From the IMG/VR virus record IMGVR_UViG_3300037104_000497, positions 1-36,601 of that record: 36,601 bases of DNA. One strand, given 5' to 3'. This stretch comes from a virus. Below the pieces are notes generated by a model. The model was given only the letters and a program-made list of their open reading frames with translations, was not told where the DNA came from and ran no database searches. Position numbers and translations under genes: made by a program. The first letter of the stretch is position 1; each line of letters starts with the position of its first letter. This document shows positions 14,883 through 22,032 of this stretch, one piece after another.

Positions 14883-14897
14883 TATATATTTATATAT

Positions 14898-15104
14898 CTA
14901 TTTATCTAAATATTTATTCAAAGCTTTAATCAAAATATCCCGTAAATTACGTTCATCTTCAACCATTTTACGTTTTACCTTTTTATAAAGCATAGAGGGA
15001 ATATTAAACAAATACGGTTTTGTATCTGTATTATCTATGCGTTGAGTGAGTCGTTTATGATTTTCTTTCAAATCAAAATCAGCACCAGATTCAATTTTTG
15101 CCAT
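14898..15104 (-). CDS. parG: ParG-like ribbon-helix-helix centromere-binding protein (68 aa)
   Basis: Small ORF overlapping the parA stop by 14 nt. The C-terminal YLFNIPSMLYKKVKRKMVEDERNLRDILIKALNKYL fits a beta-strand plus two-helix RHH pattern behind a flexible N-terminus. Confidence 0.6.
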   Translation of the reverse strand: MAKIESGADFDLKENHKRLTQRIDNTDTKPYLFNIPSMLYKKVKRKMVEDERNLRDILIKALNKYLDK

Positions 15105-15723
15105 GATAAAAATCCTCTAGTTCATTAGTAATCGCCACAATTTCCATCATGGCATCAGTGTTTCGTTCACATACGGTTCTTTTTTGTTCAAAAGATTGCA
15201 TATACTCTTGAAGTTGATGTGTTCTATTTGAAAAAACGGGTAGTTCAAGTTTTTCTAATTTCTCAGTAATATCACGTCCAAGTATGGTGCCTTTAACACA
15301 TTGGCTAACCACAAACGCTGCCTTAAGCTTGCCTTCGGTGATTTCTATGCGTTCTTTGATAAGCTTAACCAAAGGCTCAGTTGCCCATACATTTAAACAA
15401 GAAGGCTCGACAGGAATTAAGACTACATTAGCTGCCATGATACCGCACACCAATAAGCGACACATTGAGGGCTTACCATCAATAATGATGCGCTCATATT
15501 GTGATTTAAATTTCACCACATCTTTATCCATTGTATTAATCGGCAAACAAGTTAAATCAATTAGGTCGCCGCCAGATTCCTCATGCCAGCGTAAAGCCGA
15601 ACCTTGGGCATCACAGTCCACCAGTAATGTTTTAAAGCCACGCTTCGTATATTCTCGCGCCATATTAATAGCAAGTGTAGTCTTTCCCGATCCACCTTTT
15701 TGATTTAATATTGAGATAATCAT
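15091..15723 (-). CDS. parA: ParA/ParF-type partition ATPase (small type Ib, 210 aa)
   Basis: MIISILNQKGGSGKTTLAINMA carries the deviant Walker A KGGSGKTT, followed by LLVDCDAQGS and IIIDGKP. ATG at 15723 is preferred. The track N-terminal extension translates the TATATA repeats. Confidence 0.9.
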   Translation of the reverse strand: MIISILNQKGGSGKTTLAINMAREYTKRGFKTLLVDCDAQGSALRWHEESGGDLIDLTCLPINTMDKDVVKFKSQYERIIIDGKPSMCRLLVCGIMAANVVLIPVEPSCLNVWATEPLVKLIKERIEITEGKLKAAFVVSQCVKGTILGRDITEKLEKLELPVFSNRTHQLQEYMQSFEQKRTVCERNTDAMMEIVAITNELEDFYHGKN

Positions 15724-15727
15724 ATAT

Positions 15728-15749
15728 ATACCTATATAAATGTAGGTAT
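15728..15749. promoter_or_regulatory. Inverted repeat ATACCT-10 nt-AGGTAT in the parA upstream region, a candidate operator or centromere element
   Basis: 15728-15733 and 15744-15749 are reverse complements. They are embedded in (TA)n-rich DNA between divergent parA and ORF 15794. Confidence 0.35.
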
Positions 15750-15793
15750 GTATAATTATATAAATATATATGAATGTCAAGATAGGATGATAT

Positions 15794-16114
15794 ATGAAAT
15801 CAGAAATAAATAATGTAAAAGTTGCTCACGATATGCTTAATATTTTGGAAAATGTCGATTTGCCTAATGTACGAAATAGAATATATGTTCCTGAATGGAT
15901 AAACATCGGAATCTCTTACCCTGAATATAATGTGAATGTATTACTCACGGATGGTAAAACTATTGGGTTTGGTTATCTCACTAAAGATGGTAAAACTAAA
16001 CACTGGAAATCTCATCAGTGTTTAGGCTGGATTACTCATTGGATGACGCTACCGGAACTACCTCAATCCTATGTTCTACATGGAACAACCAATTTAGAAG
16101 AAACTGGTAGTTAA
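15794..16114 (+). CDS. DUF551-type phage protein (106 aa), an inverted paralog of 13538..13945
   Basis: The C-terminus VNVLLTDGKTIGFGYL...GWITHWMTLPELP carries the same signature as the other DUF551-type gene. Confidence 0.55.
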   Translation: MKSEINNVKVAHDMLNILENVDLPNVRNRIYVPEWINIGISYPEYNVNVLLTDGKTIGFGYLTKDGKTKHWKSHQCLGWITHWMTLPELPQSYVLHGTTNLEETGS

Positions 16115-16479
16115 TTGGTAGTTGATCGATAATCTTTCAAATATGTTTTGATAACTTCTCGTGCGGCATCAGTTCCCCATACTACAACCGCCTCATAACC
16201 TCGCTGCGCCTTCCTATCCAAAAAAGCCTGTTGCTCTTTGCTAGGTTTGTTTTTCCCAACTTTAAGTTCTATCCAGAGTCCTGCTTTGCCATTTATAGGT
16301 AAAGCTAGAAAAAAATCAGCCACACCTCGTTTAACCCCCATTTTTTTCAATATCAGCCCTTCTTGCGGGCTGCATCGGCGTTCATTAGCAAAATGGTGAA
16401 AGTCATCATCAAGCTCAGGATAAGAGTGTTTAAACCAGTTCACTGTATTAATATGATCAACTCGCTCTAATTGGGCCAT
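16111..16479 (-). CDS. VRR-NUC domain nuclease (122 aa)
   Basis: VADFFLALPINGKAGLWIELKVGKNKPSKEQQAFLDRKAQRGYEAVVVWG gives the D...ExK core followed by Q..w. ATG at 16479 (MAQLERV) has a GAGGAG RBS. Confidence 0.75.
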   Translation of the reverse strand: MAQLERVDHINTVNWFKHSYPELDDDFHHFANERRCSPQEGLILKKMGVKRGVADFFLALPINGKAGLWIELKVGKNKPSKEQQAFLDRKAQRGYEAVVVWGTDAAREVIKTYLKDYRSTTN

Positions 16480-16597
16480 GCCAGAACTCCTCATGACCAC
16501 ATAACATACAGACATTACGCTGATTCCCATCCCATTTTGTTACCTTCCAACGATGGGGTCTAAAAAAATGACAAAGTATGCGTGAGATTATTTTCAT
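16457..16597 (-). CDS. Small Cys/His protein (46 aa), DUF1660-like, below the track cutoff
   Basis: My translation is MKIISRILCHFFRPHRWKVTKWDGNQRNVCMLCGHEEFWHGPIRAS. It has a GGGAGAG RBS and overlaps the VRR-NUC start by 23 nt in another frame. Confidence 0.45.
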   Translation of the reverse strand: MKIISRILCHFFRPHRWKVTKWDGNQRNVCMLCGHEEFWHGPIRAS

Positions 16598-16621
16598 TTG
16601 CTCTCCCTGAGCTAGACTTCG

Positions 16622-16888
16622 TTAAGGCTTTCTAATACTTCCAAAGAAAAATGCAAGTATTGTAATAAATCCCGCCGATAACTGACCAATCAGCATATTC
16701 AATATATCATGATCTGTAGAATCACGAGGTGTGATTGCAATTAAAAATGCCATGCCAAAAAAACCGAGTACTACTACTATCGCAATAAAATCCATCACAA
16801 AATCACGTCTACCAAATAGTAGTGTTTTCTTAATATCGAGATTATTCTCATTCTCGATAGAATTATTTTCTCTTTGCGTTTCATCCAT
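16622..16888 (-). CDS. Holin-like membrane protein (88 aa, two hydrophobic segments)
   Basis: FIAIVVVLGFFGMAFLIAI and LSAGFITILAFFFG are the hydrophobic segments. The start overlaps the endolysin stop (TAATG). Confidence 0.45.
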   Translation of the reverse strand: MDETQRENNSIENENNLDIKKTLLFGRRDFVMDFIAIVVVLGFFGMAFLIAITPRDSTDHDILNMLIGQLSAGFITILAFFFGSIRKP

Positions 16889-17298
16889 TATATCAACAAC
16901 TCAAAATGGCCAAGATCTCTGAATGATTCATCTTTTACTTGGGTGTCATTATTCCAATCACCACCCCATTTTAATGTATGTGTGATTTTAGCTTCCTCTT
17001 TGAGTTTAAATGCAATACCCATAATAATCCCTGCAAAGTAAACAAAACGCTGTGAATCACTCCAATCAATAGGGAATGGCGCAATATCGACTGCTAATGA
17101 AGGGGATTTATTATGTTTGCCATTGGGCCAATGAAGCTCGGTATCACCCGCAGCAAACGCAGCTTCTTGGGCTGCTTGTCCACGATGACCTTCTATGACT
17201 GAAAAATTGATATATTTGATTGCTTCATTCATGACAACTTGTAAATCACTATCACAAGTAGCCAATTGTTTTTTTGATTCAGCTCCAAATAGAGGCAT
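16888..17298 (-). CDS. Endolysin, peptidase M15 (T5-type L-alanyl-D-glutamate peptidase family)
   Basis: SKKQLATCDSDLQ...VIEGHRGQAAQ...GKHNKSPSLAVDIAPFPIDW...KWGGDWN...DLGHFELL aligns with the T5 endolysin pattern recalled from memory. AAGGTGG RBS. Confidence 0.8.
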   Translation of the reverse strand: MPLFGAESKKQLATCDSDLQVVMNEAIKYINFSVIEGHRGQAAQEAAFAAGDTELHWPNGKHNKSPSLAVDIAPFPIDWSDSQRFVYFAGIIMGIAFKLKEEAKITHTLKWGGDWNNDTQVKDESFRDLGHFELLI

Positions 17299-17370
17299 AT
17301 ATTTCCACCTTTCATAACTCAGTTAGGATGCTTTATTTTTAAGCAAAACATCCCCCCCTAGAGCAATCAT

Positions 17371-17395
17371 AAAAAACAGCACCAATCCTTGGCGC
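17371..17395 (-). terminator. Rho-independent terminator after the 326-aa fibre-like gene
   Basis: Minus sense reads GCGCCAA-GGA-TTGGTGC followed by TGTTTTTTAT. One pair is G-U only on the minus strand (A-C on plus), which fixes the orientation. Confidence 0.7.
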
Positions 17396-17402
17396 ATCAT
17401 GA

Positions 17403-18383
17403 TTATTTTTGGATAATGTAACTGAATGTACCCACACCAGCATCAGCACTGGATGTAACCACAAAACTTCCATTACCCGGAACAATTTTTAACACAGATG
17501 CAGCATTGGCTTGTGTTACCCAATTACCGATCACAACACTTGTTGTAGTACAGAATGCATCAGTAAAGGATTGAGCGGCAGCTCCACCCGCAGCAGCAGC
17601 AGCATCAACAGACTTCATGCGTACAGCAGCCGTCGACACGACAATTCCGCCTGTAGAAGCCAAAATATCAGGAATCGTGTAGGTTGTTGTCTGACCCATA
17701 ACACCATTACTAACAATAGTATTAAAGTTAGCGCCAGCATTAACAGGTAATAACTCCAAGAAGCCATTAGTAGCTGTAGGCGGAAACAACTTCAATGAAG
17801 ATGCAACACCACTAGATCCTAATTGTGCTACTGGATTTAAAGTGACAACACCTGCATTAGAAATAGTTGTAGCACCAGACATCGCAACCGATGTAGGTAC
17901 AGCACCCGCACTACCCACTAAAATATTGCCTGATGCTAATGATGCAAGCTTACTAAAGTCAATTGCCGCTGCTGCATTAATATCAGAATTTACAATGACG
18001 CCGGGTTGAATTGCTGTCACACCTGCATTACTAATACCAATATCGCCCGTCATCGCAACGCCTGTTGCAACGTTTGAAGCATTCCCTACAAATACATTGC
18101 CACTTGATAAGGTACTAGATAATCCTGCATTACCTGTTAAGGCTACAAATGCACCAGTTGCTGAGTCATATGTATAAAACCCAATCCCATCAGTTAAATA
18201 AATCAACCATAAATCTGTTACTGCTGTTTCAAAGACACCATTTTGCAGCGCTTCAACTTGAGCTGAAATAACAGGGCCAGTAAAAAAACCATTAGTTGTA
18301 ATTTCAGCAGCAGTATCATCTGTCACCATTGTTACTATGTTTGGGTCGCCGTTAAAATTTCGTGCAATCGCTAAAATAGCCAT
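17403..18383 (-). CDS. Fibre-like virion protein (326 aa) with internal repeats
   Basis: Repeats GNVFVGNASNVATGVAMTGDIGISNAGVTAI and GNILVGSAGAVPTSVAMSGATTISNAGVVTL. The composition is rich in Ala, Gly, Thr and Val, as in tail fibres. Confidence 0.6.
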   Translation of the reverse strand: MAILAIARNFNGDPNIVTMVTDDTAAEITTNGFFTGPVISAQVEALQNGVFETAVTDLWLIYLTDGIGFYTYDSATGAFVALTGNAGLSSTLSSGNVFVGNASNVATGVAMTGDIGISNAGVTAIQPGVIVNSDINAAAAIDFSKLASLASGNILVGSAGAVPTSVAMSGATTISNAGVVTLNPVAQLGSSGVASSLKLFPPTATNGFLELLPVNAGANFNTIVSNGVMGQTTTYTIPDILASTGGIVVSTAAVRMKSVDAAAAAGGAAAQSFTDAFCTTTSVVIGNWVTQANAASVLKIVPGNGSFVVTSSADAGVGTFSYIIQK

Positions 18384-18412
18384 TCCTTTATCTCCTTAAA
18401 TAATCCATTAAT

Positions 18413-18622
18413 TTATCTTACTATATGCTTTAAATTTTTACGTCTTATCCTATCTAGATCATCCACACCTAGATAGCCTACACCTTCTGCCGCAGCGTCA
18501 GTGCGTACACCAAATTTACCAGAATCGCCAGCTCGTTCAATAAGTTCATCATGACCGGCGAATCCACATCCTTTACCTTCTCTAACCTCTATTGGTTTTT
18601 TTGGAACATCATCGTAAGCCAT
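18413..18622 (-). CDS. Hypothetical protein (69 aa)
   Basis: ORF track with an AAGGAGTG RBS. Confidence 0.55.
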   Translation of the reverse strand: MAYDDVPKKPIEVREGKGCGFAGHDELIERAGDSGKFGVRTDAAAEGVGYLGVDDLDRIRRKNLKHIVR

Positions 18623-18710
18623 GATTCACTCCTTTAATATTTACCTTCCTTTTTCATTGGTTTCTTTTTTTTCTCCATCTTCTTTTCGGGCATTTTCTTT
18701 TCTTGCTTTT

Positions 18711-18935
18711 TCATCCTTTACCTCCACGATTTCCATTGTCTAACACACGGTTGGCCTTAGCATCTATTTTTGATTTAGATGATGAGGATAGTTTGCCTTT
18801 GTTTACCATTTGCGTCGCACGTGCTTTGGCATTGGAAGCATGTGCCTTATCGGGCATCGGGTATTTTTCTTCACCCGGCATCCCAAAATCACTCTTGGGG
18901 AGTTTGTTCCGCTTGTTCGCCGTTAGTGTCGCCAT
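18711..18935 (-). CDS. Small basic conserved-looking protein (74 aa)
   Basis: KLPKSDFGMPGEEKYPMPDKAHASNAKARA is a recurrent phage/bacterial small-protein motif of unknown function. Confidence 0.55.
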   Translation of the reverse strand: MATLTANKRNKLPKSDFGMPGEEKYPMPDKAHASNAKARATQMVNKGKLSSSSKSKIDAKANRVLDNGNRGGKG

Positions 18936-19137
18936 CGTTGCTCTCTCCTTGAACTTTCTTAGCTAACTCTTCCATTTGTGCTTTTGCATCCGCTTCAATT
19001 TTATCAATCATGGCATTACAGGCAAAAATAGCGCCTTGCACTTGTTGAAACTGAGCTGATAATTGGCCGCTTTGCTGAACGAACGCATCGCGCTGTTGTA
19101 TGAATTGCTGTAATAAACTTAACTTTGCATCAGACAT
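18889..19137 (-). CDS. Coiled-coil protein (82 aa)
   Basis: ATG at 19137 (MSDAKLSLLQQFIQQRDAFVQQ...) with a GGAGAG RBS. The track version extends into the intergenic AT-rich DNA. Confidence 0.5.
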   Translation of the reverse strand: MSDAKLSLLQQFIQQRDAFVQQSGQLSAQFQQVQGAIFACNAMIDKIEADAKAQMEELAKKVQGESNDGDTNGEQAEQTPQE

Positions 19138-19223
19138 CTTTAACTCTCCATGTTGATTTAAAAAATACTTAATTACTTTAACAGTTAATTTTGTCATATT
19201 ATATTTTTTATATCTATAACAAC

Positions 19224-21653
19224 TTATCTTCGTCTTCTTGCATATAGTGCACCACAAGCTGTGGGAGCCGTCCCAGTAAAAGCGGATGACACAGATAAAT
19301 AAACTGTTTGGTTTCCTGAGACATTTATCCTTTGCTGAGGAACAGGAAATGCTAATACTGTGGTCACACCTGCTGTATATTTTGTAGTTAAAGAATTATC
19401 GATAGGAGTAGCTGATGATGTTCCTATCCATCCTGAAACAGCGGTCATTAAATTAACACCACTAAATATGAAAAAGTTCCCCCATACGTCATAATCACCT
19501 GCTGTTAAAGCTATTGAAGTTATATCATAAGAAGTTGTAGTGGTAGTAAGTGTTATAGCGCTAGCAAATAAAACTTGGTTAGAAAAAACTTCTCCAACAA
19601 AACCTGCGGCCGCGTTACCACCTGCCGAGGTACCGTTTACTTGAGCGCCCCCGGTTCCTTTACCATTGAGTGACAATGTAATATTGGTGTCGGTTCCTGC
19701 CACACCAATGCCGGGTGACGTACCTGTTGCAGAATTTTGTAAAACCGGATAATTGACAGCCGATGCAACAGGATTTAAACCAATAATTACATTGCCATTG
19801 GTATCTAAAACACTAGTAACAATTTTGGGCGAAGTTAATGTTTTATTTGTGAATGTTTCCACACCAGCAAGCGTTGCTAGTGTTCCGCTAGTTGGAAAGG
19901 TGACGCCCGTAATGCCAGTTAAAGTAAAGGTTGAAGCAAATGCACCACTAAAGGTAACTGCCGCACCCCATGTCATATTGCCAGTATTGGCAACGCCCGT
20001 ACCCCCATTTGTCGGTGATAATGGAAAACTTGGAATTTGTGAAGTCGTCGCTAACGTTCCCGTTGTTGGGAAAGTAACATTCGTAATACCCGTATAAGTT
20101 TGGGTAACTGCAAATGCACCAGATGTAGCAAAGGCAGCCGCAAAGTTTAAATTACCAGCATAGGTTGCAGTAGACGCCCCATTATTGACACCTGTACCGC
20201 CTCTCGTTCCACTGAGTTGTCCAGTCCATCCAAGCGTTAATGAAGTCGCAGCCAATAATGCAGTAGTAGGAGAACCACCTAACGTTAATGTAACGTTAGT
20301 GTCATCCGTTTTTGTTAGAGCTGCGCTTGAGGGTGCGGCCTGCGCTGCCCATATTGGATTGGCAGCAGCGCCTTGGGTCTGTAAAAAATTACCAGATGTA
20401 CCGGGTACCAATACAACCCATGTACTTGAATTTCTATACAGAATACTACCTTGCGTTGAACCAATAGCAGCATCTATTGTTGCAGTTAATGTATTGGCAA
20501 TCGGTGCAGCACTTCCACCTGTAATATTAGCTAGGATATTATTTGAAGCTATTGAAGCTAAGCTCACAGTAATGGAACCAGCCCCATTACCTACAAGTAT
20601 TCCAGTTCCAGAATTGATGGCAGCGGCTACAGGATCAGCACCCGTTGATCCAATCAGTATTTGCCCTGAACTCAAAACTATAGGATTGATAGCCGTTGAT
20701 CCTTCACCTATTAAAATTCCATGAGCTGTTGGATTACTTAAGCCTAATCCACCCCGAGTCGGTGATAACGTACCTGTCCAACCCAAAGTTAAAGAAACAG
20801 CCTCTAACAATGCAGTCGCAGGCGTTCCCCCTAATGTTAGTGTGACGTTAGTATCATCGTTCTTGGTTAGTGCTGAAGGCGTACCAGCAGGAATATCAGT
20901 TAGATAAGCTAACGTACCGTTAGCATCTTGAAATGTAACTGTCCTTGTTGCAGCCGTATTTGCAAAACTAAAAATAGTTTGATGTTGATAACCTGTTCCA
21001 GAATCTAATAATAAAGGCGTATTACCTGTCGAACTAATAATATTTGAACCTGTGCCTTTTGCGACTATCGATATTCCAATAGCTCCATCGGCTCCGGCTG
21101 CAAGCAAATTCGGATTAAAACCAGTTACTGAATTTACAAAATTAAAATAATTTATGGCTGAAGGAACAGCACTAAACTGCATGACAATATTGCCATTCGC
21201 ATCTTTAATACCCGCAGGCGCCTGCATATAGCTTACCATTCCGGGGCCATAATAATCGGTATCTAAAACGGCTATATTGAGTGTAGCAACGCCTGTTGTA
21301 ATAGTTTGCTTTAATATTCCGTTAGCCAATGCGCCAAGATTTTGCGCATCAGGCAAACTGACGTCAGCGGTATAAGTAATAAATGGGCCTACGGTAAAAG
21401 CACTTTCTTGTAATTGCGTCCAAGCGCCTAAGGTCGCATCATAATACTCATAGAGCTGATCATCAGTATTAAAACGTAGACGGTAGTTAATTGTAGAAGA
21501 AGGTGTTGGCCTTTGTGCTGTTGTGCCGGGGGGCAAAAAAGTCCATGGATTATTTAAAATCACATTTGCGCCACTGCGCAAGCTCGGCATAATATCATTA
21601 TTATTGATATTACCTGCATTCGTCATCTGACTGAACTTTATAGTATCAACCAT
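19224..21653 (-). CDS. Tail fibre protein (809 aa) with internal duplications
   Basis: Two 42-aa repeats ALTK(N/T)DDTNVTLTLGG...SLTLGWTG.LS.TRGG (aa 262-303 and 446-487 in track numbering), GGTG motifs, and repeated DxNGNxI...AxNY...G modules. ATG at 21653 follows GTG at 21656. Confidence 0.75.
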   Translation of the reverse strand: MVDTIKFSQMTNAGNINNNDIMPSLRSGANVILNNPWTFLPPGTTAQRPTPSSTINYRLRFNTDDQLYEYYDATLGAWTQLQESAFTVGPFITYTADVSLPDAQNLGALANGILKQTITTGVATLNIAVLDTDYYGPGMVSYMQAPAGIKDANGNIVMQFSAVPSAINYFNFVNSVTGFNPNLLAAGADGAIGISIVAKGTGSNIISSTGNTPLLLDSGTGYQHQTIFSFANTAATRTVTFQDANGTLAYLTDIPAGTPSALTKNDDTNVTLTLGGTPATALLEAVSLTLGWTGTLSPTRGGLGLSNPTAHGILIGEGSTAINPIVLSSGQILIGSTGADPVAAAINSGTGILVGNGAGSITVSLASIASNNILANITGGSAAPIANTLTATIDAAIGSTQGSILYRNSSTWVVLVPGTSGNFLQTQGAAANPIWAAQAAPSSAALTKTDDTNVTLTLGGSPTTALLAATSLTLGWTGQLSGTRGGTGVNNGASTATYAGNLNFAAAFATSGAFAVTQTYTGITNVTFPTTGTLATTSQIPSFPLSPTNGGTGVANTGNMTWGAAVTFSGAFASTFTLTGITGVTFPTSGTLATLAGVETFTNKTLTSPKIVTSVLDTNGNVIIGLNPVASAVNYPVLQNSATGTSPGIGVAGTDTNITLSLNGKGTGGAQVNGTSAGGNAAAGFVGEVFSNQVLFASAITLTTTTTSYDITSIALTAGDYDVWGNFFIFSGVNLMTAVSGWIGTSSATPIDNSLTTKYTAGVTTVLAFPVPQQRINVSGNQTVYLSVSSAFTGTAPTACGALYARRRR

Positions 21654-21679
21654 CACGATATCCTTGTGATTAAGTGATA

Positions 21680-22015
21680 TTAACCTTGAAGCTGTCTTAA
21701 TGACATGCCGACGTAAGCATTAGTATCTGGTGTTATAAAATGAAGCACATCTCCACCGCTCACATATCGTTTTTGCGGCCTAAACTCATTATATTGCTCA
21801 ACTCCCGATGTTCCACTCACAGGAACAGTAGGTGTCGTATTTTTAGAAACAAATACATTAGAGTTTTCAGTATAACTAAAATAAGCCTGATATTGTTGGA
21901 GAGAAGTACCCGGTACAGTAAATGTTTGTCCTACATTTGCGGCACAGTTCACCTGAAAACAGGTATCACTAAATGGTATTGTTTCGTTGTAGTTGCTGTT
22001 GTATGGAATAGTCAT
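21680..22015 (-). CDS. Hypothetical virion-module protein (111 aa)
   Basis: ATG at 22015 (MTIPYNSNY...) with an AAGGACGG RBS. The track start at 22051 overlaps the upstream gene. Confidence 0.5.
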   Translation of the reverse strand: MTIPYNSNYNETIPFSDTCFQVNCAANVGQTFTVPGTSLQQYQAYFSYTENSNVFVSKNTTPTVPVSGTSGVEQYNEFRPQKRYVSGGDVLHFITPDTNAYVGMSLRQLQG

Positions 22016-22032
22016 ATTATCCGTCCTTGTGA

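Noticed and set aside
14788-14988. Track ORF of 66 aa on the plus strand
   Set aside because: It translates the (TA)n repeats (IIIYLYTYINIYLYIYL) and runs antisense into parG. It has no RBS and is spurious.
15284-15703. 139-aa plus-strand ORF
   Set aside because: It lies entirely antisense within parA, which has unambiguous Walker motifs.
15724-15780. N-terminal 19-aa extension of ParA (MTFIYIYIIIHTYIYIGIY), and similar extensions of ORFs 1553..1882, 3303..3569 and 16111..16530
   Set aside because: These extensions translate AT-rich promoter or repeat DNA. In each case an internal ATG with an RBS begins the recognisable domain.
18634-18714. 26-aa Lys-rich micro-ORF (MKKQEKKMPEKKMEKKKKPMKKEGKY) coupled by ATGA to the upstream gene
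   Set aside because: It may only reflect an A-rich spacer. There is no independent support and it is too short to evaluate. It was not listed as a feature.
19753-20724. Long plus-strand ORFs (114 and 179 aa) inside the tail fibre gene
   Set aside because: They are antisense to a well-supported 810-aa gene. Their products are Val/Pro/Ala-rich mirror images of the Thr/Gly/Ala-rich fibre codons. There is no RBS. They are a composition artefact.
20196-20873. Diversity-generating retroelement (template/variable repeat pair) in the tail fibre
   Set aside because: The two repeats are both inside the coding region. Their differences are not restricted to adenines. No reverse transcriptase or Avd-like gene exists anywhere in the genome.
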